Shown here one piece after another: positions 38,221-49,721 of a DNA stretch of 51,140 nucleotides. Origin of the DNA: Octopus bimaculoides (Eukaryota); contig NC_068982.1 of assembly GCF_001194135.2 (NCBI RefSeq), positions 191,425,045 to 191,476,184 on the forward strand. Direction: 5' to 3'. The first letter of the stretch is position 1. Every line of letters starts with the position of its first letter. Below the pieces are notes generated by a model. That model ran no database searches. It worked only from the letters and a program-made list of their open reading frames with translations, and was not told where the DNA came from. Both the position numbers and the translations under genes were made by a program.

Positions 38221-38528
38221 TGTGGTATGACGTCAGCAACTGGGGAACTGACCGCTGATCGGAACCATGAGCTGACCGGAACTGGGAGCTGAACGGAAGA
38301 GGAAGAGGGGCAGAGGGAGCCTCGATTGGGATTTCCTGCCCTTTTTCGAGCGGGTTGTTGCGACGCGAGGACGTGCGAGGCGATCGTCCAGGTGAGGGAG
38401 AGGCAGCTGCTATTTCTAGCGTTCTTCGGGTCGAGCCAGGCGCAAGGACAGGATACCACAGGACAGACTCGTGCGGTGGAAGGAAGACGAGGTAAGCCGA
38501 TTACTTCTAATCACTCGCATACACCACA
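38221..38528. mobile_element. GC-rich solo-LTR-like insert
   Basis: TGTGGTATG...CATACACCACA ends, flanks TATAG/TATAT (4/5 TSD). Contains TGACGTCA, three ~17-bp GGAAC..GCTGA tandem units and a plus-strand donor GAG|GTAAGC. Confidence 0.5.
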
Positions 38529-38601
38529 TATATTATTACTAGTTATGAGTTACAGAGCAAACGTAGGAGAAATAGAAATAAGCATAAGTTTATAGAATGC
38601 T

Positions 38602-38744
38602 TCCTATGTGCGTTTCACCATTACGCCACCTATAGTTGTCTGTAACTTAATAAAATAGTGTTCCTTGATGATCCGTTGTCACTGAGTGTCGGGAACACCT
38701 ACCATAGGGTCCTAAATAACCATAATGGTGAAACGCACGTAGGA
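38602..38744. mobile_element. 143-bp MITE-like element with 22-bp TIRs
   Basis: TCCTATGTGCGTTTCACCATTA (38602-38623) versus TAATGGTGAAACGCACGTAGGA (38723-38744), 21/22 complementary. Confidence 0.6.
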
Positions 38745-38749
38745 TCTAT

Positions 38750-38940
38750 TATTATATGAATCTGCGTTGATATCTTATAATTATTTTGATCGAATTAGTA
38801 TGTATCTTGCCACTCCGAGTTTCGCCTATGGGTTCACAGGGTCTTCGGTAGACATTTCTGGGTGTTCGTGAAGCCATTGACCTTTTTTCAAACTGTCTCT
38901 GACAAGTACAACTGCCCTCTGCAGCCACAATCAAAGCTCA
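38750..38940 (-). mobile_element. Possible Penelope GIY-YIG endonuclease remnant
   Basis: RNVYRRPCEPIGETRS resembles NVVY.IPC..YIGET. LNRKQPGL*KSTWNP at ~38150-38200 resembles a PLE C-terminus. Confidence 0.35.
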
Positions 38941-38959
38941 CAATTGCAAGAGATTGACT

Positions 38960-39127
38960 CGACTAGGTGTGGTTGTGTGTAAGAAGCTTGCTTCCCAACC
39001 ACGCGGTCCTGGGTTCAATCCCATTGCGTGGAAACTTGGGCAAGTGTTTTCTACTATAGCCTCGGGCCGACCAAAGCCTTTGTGAGTGGATTTTGGCAGA
39101 CGGAAATTGAAAGAAGCCCGTCATACG

Positions 39128-39164
<37 letters not shown>

Positions 39165-39242
39165 GTGTGTGTGTGTGTGTNNNNNNNNNNNNNNNNNNNN
39201 NNNNNNNNNNNNNNNNNNNNNNNNNNNNNNNNNNNNNNNNNN

Positions 39243-39273
<31 letters not shown>

Positions 39274-39400
39274 GTGTGTGTGTGTGTGTATATATATTGT
39301 ATATGTGTGTGCGTATTTGTGTCTGTGTTTGTCCCTAACCAACTCTTGACAACCGGTGTTGGTGTGTTTACGTTCAAAATAGACTGCTAGAATAAACACC
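38960..39400 (+). mobile_element. SINE family A with expanded internal (TG)n
   Basis: Head and post-microsatellite body match 49533-49930. 3' tail is truncated. Confidence 0.85.
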
Positions 39401-39444
39401 AGGCTTTAAATATATATAAAGATGTGTGTGTGTATATATATATA

Positions 39445-39812
39445 TGGTTGGCACTCCGTCGGTTACGACGACGAGGGTTCCAGTTGATCCGATCAACGGA
39501 ACAGCCTGCTTGTGAAATTAACGTGCAAGTGGCTGAGCGCTCCACAGACACGTGTACCCTTAACGTAGTTCTCGGGGAGATTCAGCGTGACAGAGTGTGA
39601 CAAGGCTGGCCCTTTGAAATACAGGTACAACAGAAACAGGAAGAAAGAGTGAGAGAAAGTTGTGGTGAAAGAGTACAGCAAGGTTCACCACCATCCCCTG
39701 CTGGAGCCTCGTGGAGCTTTTAGGTGTTTTCGCTCAATAAACACCCACAACGCCCGGTCTGGGAATCGAAACCGCGATCCTACGACCACGAGACCGCTGC
39801 CCGTACATACCC
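39445..39812 (-). mobile_element. SINE sharing the family D 3' module but with a different head
   Basis: 39445-39630 matches 18175-18360. 39630-39812 carries an unrelated tRNA-like head (GTCGTAGGATCGCGGTTTCGATTCCCAG). Confidence 0.8.
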
Positions 39813-39849
39813 ACAAGCTTATATGCGCTTAAACCTGTGTGCGCGCGCG

Positions 39850-39885
<36 letters not shown>

Positions 39886-41514
39886 GTAATAAAGAAGCGC
39901 CTATGTTTCTGTTTGATCTTTTTCATATCACCTTCAGATTGTGCGACTTCGAAACATTAGCGTTCCTAAATCATCCATCTCATTTCCAAGCTATCTCAGC
40001 ATCATCGTCAGAATGAAACGATGATAGAAGACTTATTTTCGCACGCTTTGCCTTCTGTAGTAAAGGATAGTTTTTTTCTTGCTTTTATTTCTTTTGCTTT
40101 CGTACTATTGAAAAATATCTTTATTTATATATCATCCATGTGTAAGAAGACCGTATTGCAGCAAATAGTTTGTTCTGTTGGTCACTCTGTAACAATTACA
40201 CCATCTCTGACCATAATCCCGCTAAATTTCTAAGAGAAGAGGTGACTGGAACGGCGGGTGATAGTGAAATCTTTTAAACATCAAGCGATGCGTAATAAAA
40301 GAACTTTTTATATTTAACCGAGATCGCCAATTTTTGAAAAACCGCCAGCTGCTTTGTTAACAAATGTTCTGTCGCCACTGTTCGGGATGTAACACTATGC
40401 TACATGAATCGGCAGACATTTCGTAAATGCCAGTGTAATCAAAACAGCGACGACAATGATGAATACTTAGAAAGGAAGCGGGAGCTGGTTAAATTGTTTT
40501 ATAAATATACGTAGGACGCGCTTCTGCAAGGCAGCTGCTATTCACTTCATTTTTATCAACTGCAGAAACATCAAGATCTACAGAAGNNNNNNNNNNNNNN
40601 NNNNNNNNNNNNNNNNNNNNNNNNNNNNNNNNNNNNNNNNNNNNNNNNNNNNNNNNNNNNNNNNNNNNNNNNNNNNNNNNNNNNNNNNNNNNNNNNNNNN
40701 NNNNNNNNNNNNNNNNNNNNNNNNNNNNNNNNNNNNNNNNNNNNNNNNNNNNNNNNNNNNNNNNNNNNNNNNNNNNNNNNNNNNNNNNNNNNNNNNNNNN
40801 NNNNNNNNNNNNNNNNNNNNNNNNNNNNNNNNNNNNNNNNNNNNNNNNNNNNNNNNATATATATATATATTTAAATAGTGTGATGGCTGACAGACAAAAT
40901 GTCTTCCGTATGTAGTTACAGTACTTCAAGTTCCGAATATAATTACTCTCGGTATTTAGTTACGTCCGTTCACACTAAGTTCAATTTCTATTTGGTTCAA
41001 CGTTTGTTGTTCTGGTAATGTGGCCGTTTAGTTCCTGGTTGTTCTTCGTCAAAGGTTTATGGTCAGCAGACTTACGGTCAAAGACGTTCTGAATGAAACT
41101 GAGCAATCTCTTTCTATCTCAGGAACTCTATTATTTAATGTGTCTTCAACTACATCACCGTAATAGGTATGAACACCAACGTAAATATTTTACGACCAAT
41201 CAGCTTCGACCGGTATTTAATCAGTAACGCAAGAAAGAAAAGTTTTGTGAAATTCCTGCCACATTTTGCATTTTTAAAGGTTCTAGAAGATTTGCCCAGG
41301 GTTATAAAAAAAAACTGGAATACTGAATCCCAAAACAGAATCGACTCGGACGCTCTACAGAACTCGGGAGATAAGTTTCGTGAAAGGTGCTCTGGCACAA
41401 ACAAACACTACCATGTTCGGAAAAGAATAATCAAATTTACTCTATAATGCCTGTCCGACTGCCTGACTGACTGTCTGACTGTCTGCGTACATACATACAT
41501 ACATACTTACAAAC

Positions 41515-43130
41515 AATATCCCACAATGCATTTGCAGTACCAGTGCTGATCCCAATATTTGGGATACTTGATTGGTTTGTAGAGGAAACCCACTCCATAG
41601 ATATCAAAACCCGCAAAATCCTGACAACAACTGGGAACTTCTACAGAAACAGTGATGTTGACAGGCTCTGCCTAAGAAGAAATGGAGGTGGTAGAGGCCT
41701 GAGATAAGTGCAGACGGCCTTCGAATGCCGTAAGGTATCACTCAGGCAGCACCTGCTGAACAACAGCAGCAGAAATAAATATATAAAAGCAGTCCTGAAA
41801 AGTAAAGTGAGCAACATTGTACGAGTTGGCAGTGAACTCCTCAAGAAGCACTCTCTTCCTGATGATCTCCTATACAGCCCCGAAACAGCTGGGCTCTCTT
41901 ACCTCAGAGAAGACCTGGATGGAAAGCACTCAGCATACAAAAAAAAGACTATGCATGAGTATGTTGCCCAGAAGCTTGAAGAAGAGAGTANNNNNNNNNN
42001 NNNNNNNNNNNNNNNNNNNNNNNNNNNNNNNNNNNNNNNNNNNNNNNNNNNNNNNNNNNNNNNNNNNNNNNNNNNNNNNNNNNNNNNNNNNNNNNNNNNN
42101 NNNNNNNNNNNNNNNNNNNNNNNNNNNNNNNNNNNNNNNNNNNNNNNNNNNNNNNNNNNNNNNNNNNNNNNNNNNNNNNNNNNNNNNNNNNNNNNNNNNN
42201 NNNNNNNNNNNNNNNNNNNNNNNNNNNNNNNNNNNNNNNNNNNNNNNNNNNNNNNNNNNNNNNNNNNNNNNNNNNNNNNNNNNNNNNNNNNNNNNNNNNN
42301 NNNNNNNNNNNNNNNNNNNNNNNNNNNNNNNNNNNNNNNNNNNNNNNNNNNNNNNNNNNNNNNNNNNNNNNNNNNNNNNNNNNNNNNNNNNNNNNNNNNN
42401 NNNNNNNNNNNNNNNNNNNNNNNNNNNNNNNNNNNNNNNNNNNNNNNNNNNNNNNNNNNNNNNNNNNNNNNNNNNNNNNNNNNNNNNNNNNNNNNNNNNN
42501 NNNNNNNNNNNNNNNNNNNNNNNNNNNNNNNNNNNNNNNNNNNNNNNNNNNNNNNNNNNNNNNNNNNNNNNNNNNNNNNNNNNNNNNNNNNNNNNNNNNN
42601 NNNNNNNNNNNNNNNNNNNNNNNNNNNNNNNNNNNNNNNNNNNNNNNNNNNNNNNNNNNNNNNNNNNNNNNNNNNNATATTCCCATAAAAGTGTCTGTCA
42701 AATGTAAGCATAACAGGTCGGATATTGTTGTTTGAGACAGAGGGGCGAAGGTATGTACTGTCATAGAGGTCAGCTGCCCTGCAGATATAAATATCTCTTT
42801 GAAATCAAAGAGAAAAGACTGCTTCGAAACCTCTATCTTCTATATCCAGACTACGAATTCATATTCCTACCAATAATAACTGGAGCACTAGGTTTTGTTA
42901 GTAAATGCTTAAAGAGAATCTGGATAAACTGGGATTTTCAGAAAGAGAAATCGACCAGATGATTCGTACATTACAAGTGCAATCTGTGAGTGGAACAGTA
43001 AAAATATGCAAGACTTTTCTCAAGTTCCAAATGTCTGTGTTAAGTACATCCCAAAGATGGAACCTTGTATCTTTGTTTGAAACCGGCTCCCTTCTCAGTG
43101 GAAGATTTATAATAATTAAAAAATGGAAGA
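41515..43130 (+). mobile_element. 5'-truncated R2-superfamily (R4/Dong-like) non-LTR retrotransposon with RLE endonuclease
   Basis: HNAFAVPVLIPIFGILDW..DIKTRKILTTTGNFYRNSDVDRLCLRRNGGGRGL (RT C-terminus), KTMH, then after the gap HNRSDIVV..CTVIEVSCPADINI..PIITGALG (PD-(D/E)xK RLE). Stops and frameshifts present. Confidence 0.85.
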
Positions 43131-43159
43131 GACATGCATACATACATACATACATACAA

Positions 43160-43460
43160 AAATACCCTGTTGTTGATGTTCAAATTTCAATGAAGGAGCC
43201 TTGGATCTAAGTTAAACAAACCTTATCCAGGGACTTTTTGGGCTGGATGTGCAACTCGACCTGAAGAAAACTCTGAGTCCCACCTGCAAGACCATGCGCT
43301 GTTTGTCTTGATATGAGATCACCATGTCGTGCACATATGGTTATGAATCATGTGCCTGGTGTACCCTTATCAGACGGGTAGTCATGATGGGTATAATGAG
43401 CTTCGTATATTTTCACTCCAGTGTCACTTTGATGGTATACACTGCTGCTCTCTCACTCGA
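43160..43460 (+). repeat. Second copy of the 28810-29530 repeat (no MITE)
   Basis: Matches 29165-29530 across the MITE insertion point. Confidence 0.7.
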
Positions 43461-45279
43461 TGAATATATTGAAATGCTATACGGTAATTGTAGGGGCTGA
43501 AGAAGGCAGCCCCTTACTTCTCCTTTTACCTCTTATTTCTAATTACTACGATCAAGCAAACACTAGCAAAGTTTTGTGAATGGAATTCGGTAGATAAAAA
43601 GCGCGTGGAAGCCGTCCGAAGATCGATCCCTGTCACCCTGTTAAATACCACCACCAATACCATCACCACCACCAATACCACCACCACCACCACCACCACC
43701 ACCACCAGGTCACCCTTCCTCACAGAGTTATACTAAACAAACAACGAATATATCTGGTATAATAGACGTTCCAGTTATGACCTCTCTCTCTACTATTTAT
43801 TCTAGACAGAAGATCTAGGACCGTATTTTGTAATGTGTCCTTCCTTCTGTAAAATATAAAGTGAGGAAGATTTGGCTNNNNNNNNNNNNNNNNNNNNNNN
43901 NNNNNNNNNNNNNNNNNNNNNNNNNNNNNNNNNNNNNNNNNNNNNNNNNNNNNNNNNNNNNNNNNNNNNNNNNNNNNNNNNNNNNNNNNNNNNNNNNNNN
44001 NNNNNNNNNNNNNNNNNNNNNNNNNNNNNNNNNNNNNNNNNNNNNNNNNNNNNNNNNNNNNNNNNNNNNNNNNNNNNNNNNNNNNNNNNNNNNNNNNNNN
44101 NNNNNNNNNNNNNNNNNNNNNNNNNNNNNNNNNNNNNNNNNNNNNNNNNNNNNNNNNNNNNNNNNNNNNNNNNNNNNNNNNNNNNNNNNNNNNNNNNNNN
44201 NNNNNNNNNNNNNNNNNNNNNNNNNNNNNNNNNNNNNNNNNNNNNNNNNNNNNNNNNNNNNNNNNNNNNNNNNNNNNNNNNNNNNNNNNNNNNNNNNNNN
44301 NNNNNNNNNNNNNNNNNNNNNNNNNNNNNNNNNNNNNNNNNNNNNNNNNNNNNNNNNNNNNNNNNNNNNNNNNNNNNNNNNNNNNNNNNNNNNNNNNNNN
44401 NNNNNNNNNNNNNNNNNNNNNNNNNNNNNNNNNNNNNNNNNNNNNNNNNNNNNNNNNNNNNNNNNNNNNNNNNNNNNNNNNNNNNNNNNNNNNNNNNNNN
44501 NNNNNNNNNNNNNNNNNNNNNNNNNNNNNNNNNNNNNNNNNNNNNNNNNNNNNNNNNNNNNNNNNNNNNNNNNNNNNNNNNNNNNNNNNNNNNNNNNNNN
44601 NNNNNNNNNNNNNNNNNNNNNNNNNNNNNNNNNNNNNNNNNNNNNNNNNNNNNNNNNNNNNNNNNNNNNNNNNNNNNNNNNNNNNNNNNNNNNNNNNNNN
44701 NNNNNNNNNNNNNNNNNNNNNNNNNNNATATATATATATAATACACACACACACACACACAGAGCAGAGAGAGAACAGAACTTGCTGTCATCATTTTCAG
44801 ATTAGTTTTCAGACTGGCGCGTGGCCATTCTGTCACGGAAATATCTACTTGCATATGTATTTATATACTTATTTATTTATCATCGCCATCGTCATCGTCA
44901 TTTATTAGTAGTAGTATTAGTAAAGCGGCGAGCTGACAGAACCGCTAGTGCGTCGTTACGTTCTGAGTTACAAATTCCGCCGAGGTTGACTTTGCCTTTC
45001 ATCCTGGGACTGTTGAGTTGTTATAATTTCTTTCCAAACTCCTGATCCCGGGGAATTTAACAGCGTTGGTCCAAGTAGATGTTTGGTAGATTAGGGAATA
45101 CAATTATTAATTCAGATCCCGGCTGTTTTTGTTATGACTTTTGTCTGGTCCTGAGGCTTTTGTGGTTTTAGATTCCTTTTTTGAGTGTTAGCTCCAGCGA
45201 AAGGATCATCAGCGTCGTCTATGTGCACCTTGTGTATTTGTCATTTTGTCTTTCTCTCATCTCTTTGGCACTTTTAGAA

Positions 45280-45491
45280 CAGTGACTGTCAACCATTTTT
45301 TTTGGGGGGGGGGGCTATGGCCCCCTTTTATTTGTATTTCACTTGAGTGGATCCTCATAACTATTCCATGCTTAAACAATCCTATTATATTTTTATAATT
45401 AAGTATTATTAGGAATGGTATAAAAAATTTGTTAACATATCTTGTGTATCGTAGAGCTGGGCCTCCGAGGGACCGTGATTGAGAACGACTG
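45280..45491. mobile_element. hAT-type MITE
   Basis: TIRs CAGTGACTGTCAACC / GATTGAGAACGACTG. Internal ATCCTATTATATTTTTATAATTAA is shared with 47292-47539. Confidence 0.65.
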
Positions 45492-46539
45492 ATTTAAAGG
45501 TATTTTGTTTCAGAAAATGTCTGATTCGAGATTACTTGGTATTGCAAATGAGGTTCTGTCATATGGAATTCGATGTTACAGTTATTGATGTTACTGTTGA
45601 TAATGATGATGATATTAATTACTCCTGACTTTACTGTATACAAATATTTGGAAATAGTCTTTTTTTATTATGGCTAATGTTGTTGTTGTTTTTCTTTTAT
45701 TTCTTTGTTTAAAAAACGTTTGAGTCCAACGTTTATTTCGGTTGAATTTGGTGCCGGAGTATTGCATTGTCCCTGGTTTTTATGAGATTAACAAGTTCCA
45801 GGATGTAATTTTATGCTCATCTAAGAATGATTTCAACTGTTGGCACAAGGCCAATCANNNNNNNNNNNNNNNNNNNNNNNNNNNNNNNNNNNNNNNNNNN
45901 NNNNNNNNNNNNNNNNNNNNNNNNNNNNNNNNNNNNNNNNNNNNNNNNNNNNNNNNNNNNNNNNNNNNNNNNNNNNNNNNNNNNNNNNNNNNNNNNNNNN
46001 NNNNNNNNNNNNNNNNNNNNNNNNNNNNNNNNNNNNNNNNNNNNNNNNNNNNNNNNNNNNNNNNNNNNNNNNNNNNNNNNNNNNNNNTGAAACACATTTC
46101 AGTTGGCTTTTTTTTTATTATTTATTCTTTAAAGCTTGTAAAAGTGATTTTGCTTTCTTCATTGATGTTCAACCGTTGTGATGGTAATTGGTGGATGGTA
46201 TGGGGGGGGGGAGTTGGGAGGCGGAAGGAAGGTTGTTTGCCAGTGACTGAAGTCGATCTAAAGTGTGTATCGTGGAAAGCGATGTCTGCGAAGAGTTGCT
46301 GTTGTTTGGCGACGTGTGTGCGTGTGTGTGTGCGTGTGTGTTTTATTTAGAATACGAAGCTGAGTTAGGTCTGTGGTGGTGATATTCCATGCGTTTCAAC
46401 AAAACAAGTAATGTAAATATCATCAAAGAATTATTTTCAAAAACAGGAGACGCTGAGTGTGTTGAAGTCGCTGCCTTGGGGGGTCCTAATGGGACAGGTC
46501 CTAGTTCCAGTACAACAACAACAACAACAGCTCATAAAC

Positions 46540-46636
46540 CTTCACTTCGAGAAGGAATTAAACCGAAAACACCGTGTTTATTTCTGGAATAATAAATCTG
46601 ATAGTTTAAAAATGGTTTTTCCATACACAGCAAGAT
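46540..46636 (-). CDS. Candidate 97-nt exon ILLCMEKPFLNYQIYYSRNKHGVFGLIPSRSE
   Basis: Strong acceptor tcttttcctttttttttcttcgacag|, weak donor AAG|gtttat, one open frame. Confidence 0.25.
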
Positions 46637-47291
46637 CTGTCGAAGAAAAAAAAAGGAAAAGACATTGGTTGCCATTGGAGCAAGACTTGGTTGAATTGTG
46701 CCAAGCTCTTGCTAATTGTTTTAACCCCTTCGTAATACAGCCTCAAGCAGACGTAGACAAACCCCCTATCGGTCCTGCCACCCTTGACCCAGCGGAGCAT
46801 CCCGAATGTAATAGTTGGAGAGAGAGACAGCTGCTATAGCTGACCAAACTGGAGCAACGTGTCACTTTGTCCAGGAATCGAACCTGTCATATATTGTTGG
46901 TGCTTTGTCAAAGTTGTTGGTTGAGTTAATGATTGGAAATATGCTTCTTGGCTGCTGGAAGAAGTAACCGAACAACACTCGCGAACATTTAACTGAAGAA
47001 TTTATAGTTGTACATAAAAGACTAACCACGTTGGCCTTTTATAATTAACAACAGCAACGATTACAAATTGGGGGTGAAGAAAAACACTGCACCGGGTTCA
47101 AAGAAGTTACTTATGAGACCTTGTATGAATGTTTTAGTTCAGTCTCTCCTAGAACCTGGAGTTGTCTGCATAAATGTCTGGAACCATTGTATAGCAAGAA
47201 TGGAGCCACATATCGCTCAGCTGCCTCAACATTCTGCAAAGAGCGTAAGCGGCAAAAGCACCTTTTTATAGGGTGCAAGAAGATTCTAGAA

Positions 47292-47539
47292 CAGTGTTTC
47301 TCAACTATTTCTTATGGACTTTCCCGATTCCCATTTCACTCTACTGGACGCTCGTAGTCATTCGAAGTTTTTAAAAATCCTATTATATTTTTATAATTAA
47401 ATAGATTTAGGAATTGTATTAAAAAATTGTTAAAATATTCTGTGCATTGAAAAACTAGAACCAGTTTATTGCACATAAATTTTAACAAAATCTTCTGTGG
47501 ACCCTCAAGGCCCATATGGACCCAAATTCAGAATTATTG
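47292..47539. mobile_element. hAT-type MITE (same family as 45280-45491)
   Basis: CAGTGTTTCTCAAC left end, TTCAGAATTATTG right end, 8-bp flanks TTCTAGAA / TTCTAAAG. Confidence 0.65.
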
Positions 47540-47899
47540 TTCTAAAGTATTGAATCATGCGACGGCTTCGCACTGACTGGCTGCTTAATAAACCGATCAC
47601 GTGAAACTATTGTGGTTCGGTCGTGATGTCTGACCTTGCGGTTAGGTTTCGAATCACCGCTACAAACCCATGACATTAGGGTCTTAAGTCCAACACTCCT
47701 GATCACTTGACCACGTGCCTCCAGCATCCGTATGGTCGGTAAATCGCTCTGAGTACGCTAAGAACTTATGGTCTGTCATCGCATTACAACATAGGTCTTA
47801 CACTTTCTCCTTGTTTAAATTCTCTTACACTTTTTCTCTTCGTCAGTCCTCCCAACAATCAACAGAAGATGAACTTCCTACAAACTGGATAGCAGAACA

Positions 47900-48060
47900 A
47901 CAAACGGCCTGGACGACACAGGCTTCCTTTCCCAGCTCGAGCCAGCAGGACGGGACTGAGGGGGGCGGTAAAAGGCCGGACGGTATGACAATTTTTCCGT
48001 TCCGTGGTGGTGGGCCTCTCATGTGGAATGCCACATGCTGCAATTCACTCTGCCAGGAAT
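47900..48060 (+). mobile_element. CRE-clade-like non-LTR retrotransposon RLE remnant
   Basis: With one frameshift: [38 protein letters not shown], matching the EP.GL.R.DGKRPDG.T..P...G..L.WD.TC motif. Confidence 0.65.
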
Positions 48061-48129
48061 TTGGAAACACCATGCTGTACTACTTGGCATTCATGCCAGA
48101 AGCTCCAATGCGAACATTTCAGAGTGTTT

Positions 48130-48777
48130 AGGTGCCAGTCTTAGGACATGAACCGAGAGTGATAAAAATCAAACATCCAGTCAATATCATGGAGTTTGGA
48201 GTGGTCACTAGTGATGGCAATATTATACCTCCATTAGTCTTTCCGCACGACCTCAGACTTGACATGGGGGCCTACATCAAGTGCCTGGAGGAGGTAGTGC
48301 TGCCCTGGGTGGAGAGGGTGGCTGCTGGAAGACCCTATGTCTGGCAACAGGACTCTGCACCCTGCCACACAAGCAGGAGAACTCAGTCATGGCTGTCATA
48401 TAATTTCTGTGATCACATCACCCCTAACATCTGGCCACCAAACTCCCCAAACTGCTACCCCCTAGATTATTATGTGTGGGGTGCAGTTGAGCAAGAGACC
48501 AACAAAACTCCTTATAACACCAAAGATGAACTGAAGGCAAGGATTATGGCAGTATTCAGCAACTTAAACAACGAGACCGTTTAGAAGAGTTGCAGGAGAT
48601 TCCAAAGTGGTCTGGAGGCCATGGTTGAAGCCAATCGCGATTTTATTGAATAAATTTTCTCTTTAAGTATTTCAAGATATTTTTATGTCATTTTTGTAAA
48701 TATATCTGTTAAAATGAGATGTCAGTGTTATTTTCATTTTTATGTAATTTAGACGACAGTTTATTCACCGAACCCTA
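48130..48777 (+). mobile_element. Tc1/mariner maT-type (DD37D) transposon, 3' half
   Basis: 150-aa ORF containing QQDSAPCH...WPPNSPNCYPLDY, with 37 residues between the 2nd and 3rd catalytic D. Right end TTATTCACCGAACCCTA. Confidence 0.9.
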
Positions 48778-49532
48778 TGCAGAGGAGGTAGATATCCATC
48801 TATATTGCAGACGTGTATGGGAAGCGAGTCATATAATTGCGTATCCTGTCCCCAGATACAATGTAATAACTGTAATACGTCCATGATACCTCCAACTGTT
48901 ATTATTCACTTCATCGCTCATTTCAGACACAATCACACACGTTCACACACACGCACACGCACACACACACACACGCGCACACACACACACACACACGCAC
49001 GCACACACACACGTTCACACACAAACATGCTCTCTTTTTTCCCTCTCTCTCTCTCTCTCTCTGACCTTCAAAGAGTTTCCTGTTAGCCTCTACACAATCC
49101 TAACTTTGTGGCCATATTTAGATTTACTAACTTGAAACTATATTAGAAGGCCTTTAGTGAATAGAGTTTGTTGTGTGGATGGTGGTGCTGGTGGTAGTGA
49201 GGTAGTAGGGTGGTGATGGTGGTGGGAATTGTGGTGGCGGCGATGCCGATATTGATAGTGGTAATCGTGGTGGTGGTAGTGATGGTGATGGAGATAGTGG
49301 AGGCAATCTTTGGTGTGTGTGTGTGTGTGTGTGTTCCGAGGCAGTGTTTATTTCTGCGCCAATGGACATTGAAAACGTGAAATAATCACAGAACCAAGAT
49401 ATGATGTAATTAGACAAACCCGTATGTGTTTAGAGTTGGAGGGGGTGAGGTGAGAAACTTCAGCAGCCAACATGGCGTCCGTAAACTTAATTCGACAAGA
49501 AAATTTAAATCAGTCGATATATCGGCGCAAGA

Positions 49533-49688
49533 ATGGCTGTGTGGTAAATGCCTTGCTTACTAACCACATGGTTCCGGGTTCAGTCCCACTACGTAGCACC
49601 TTGGGCGAGTGTCTTCTACTATGGCCTCGGGCCGTCTAAAGCCTTGTGAGTGGATTTGGTAGACGGAAACTGAAAAAAGCCTGTCGTG

Positions 49689-49721
<33 letters not shown>

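Noticed and set aside
39900-41450. Unique-looking sequence with scattered splice-like signals and ORFs (40021-40233, 41150-41447)
   Set aside because: No consistent frame or strand, and interrupted by a gap and a microsatellite.
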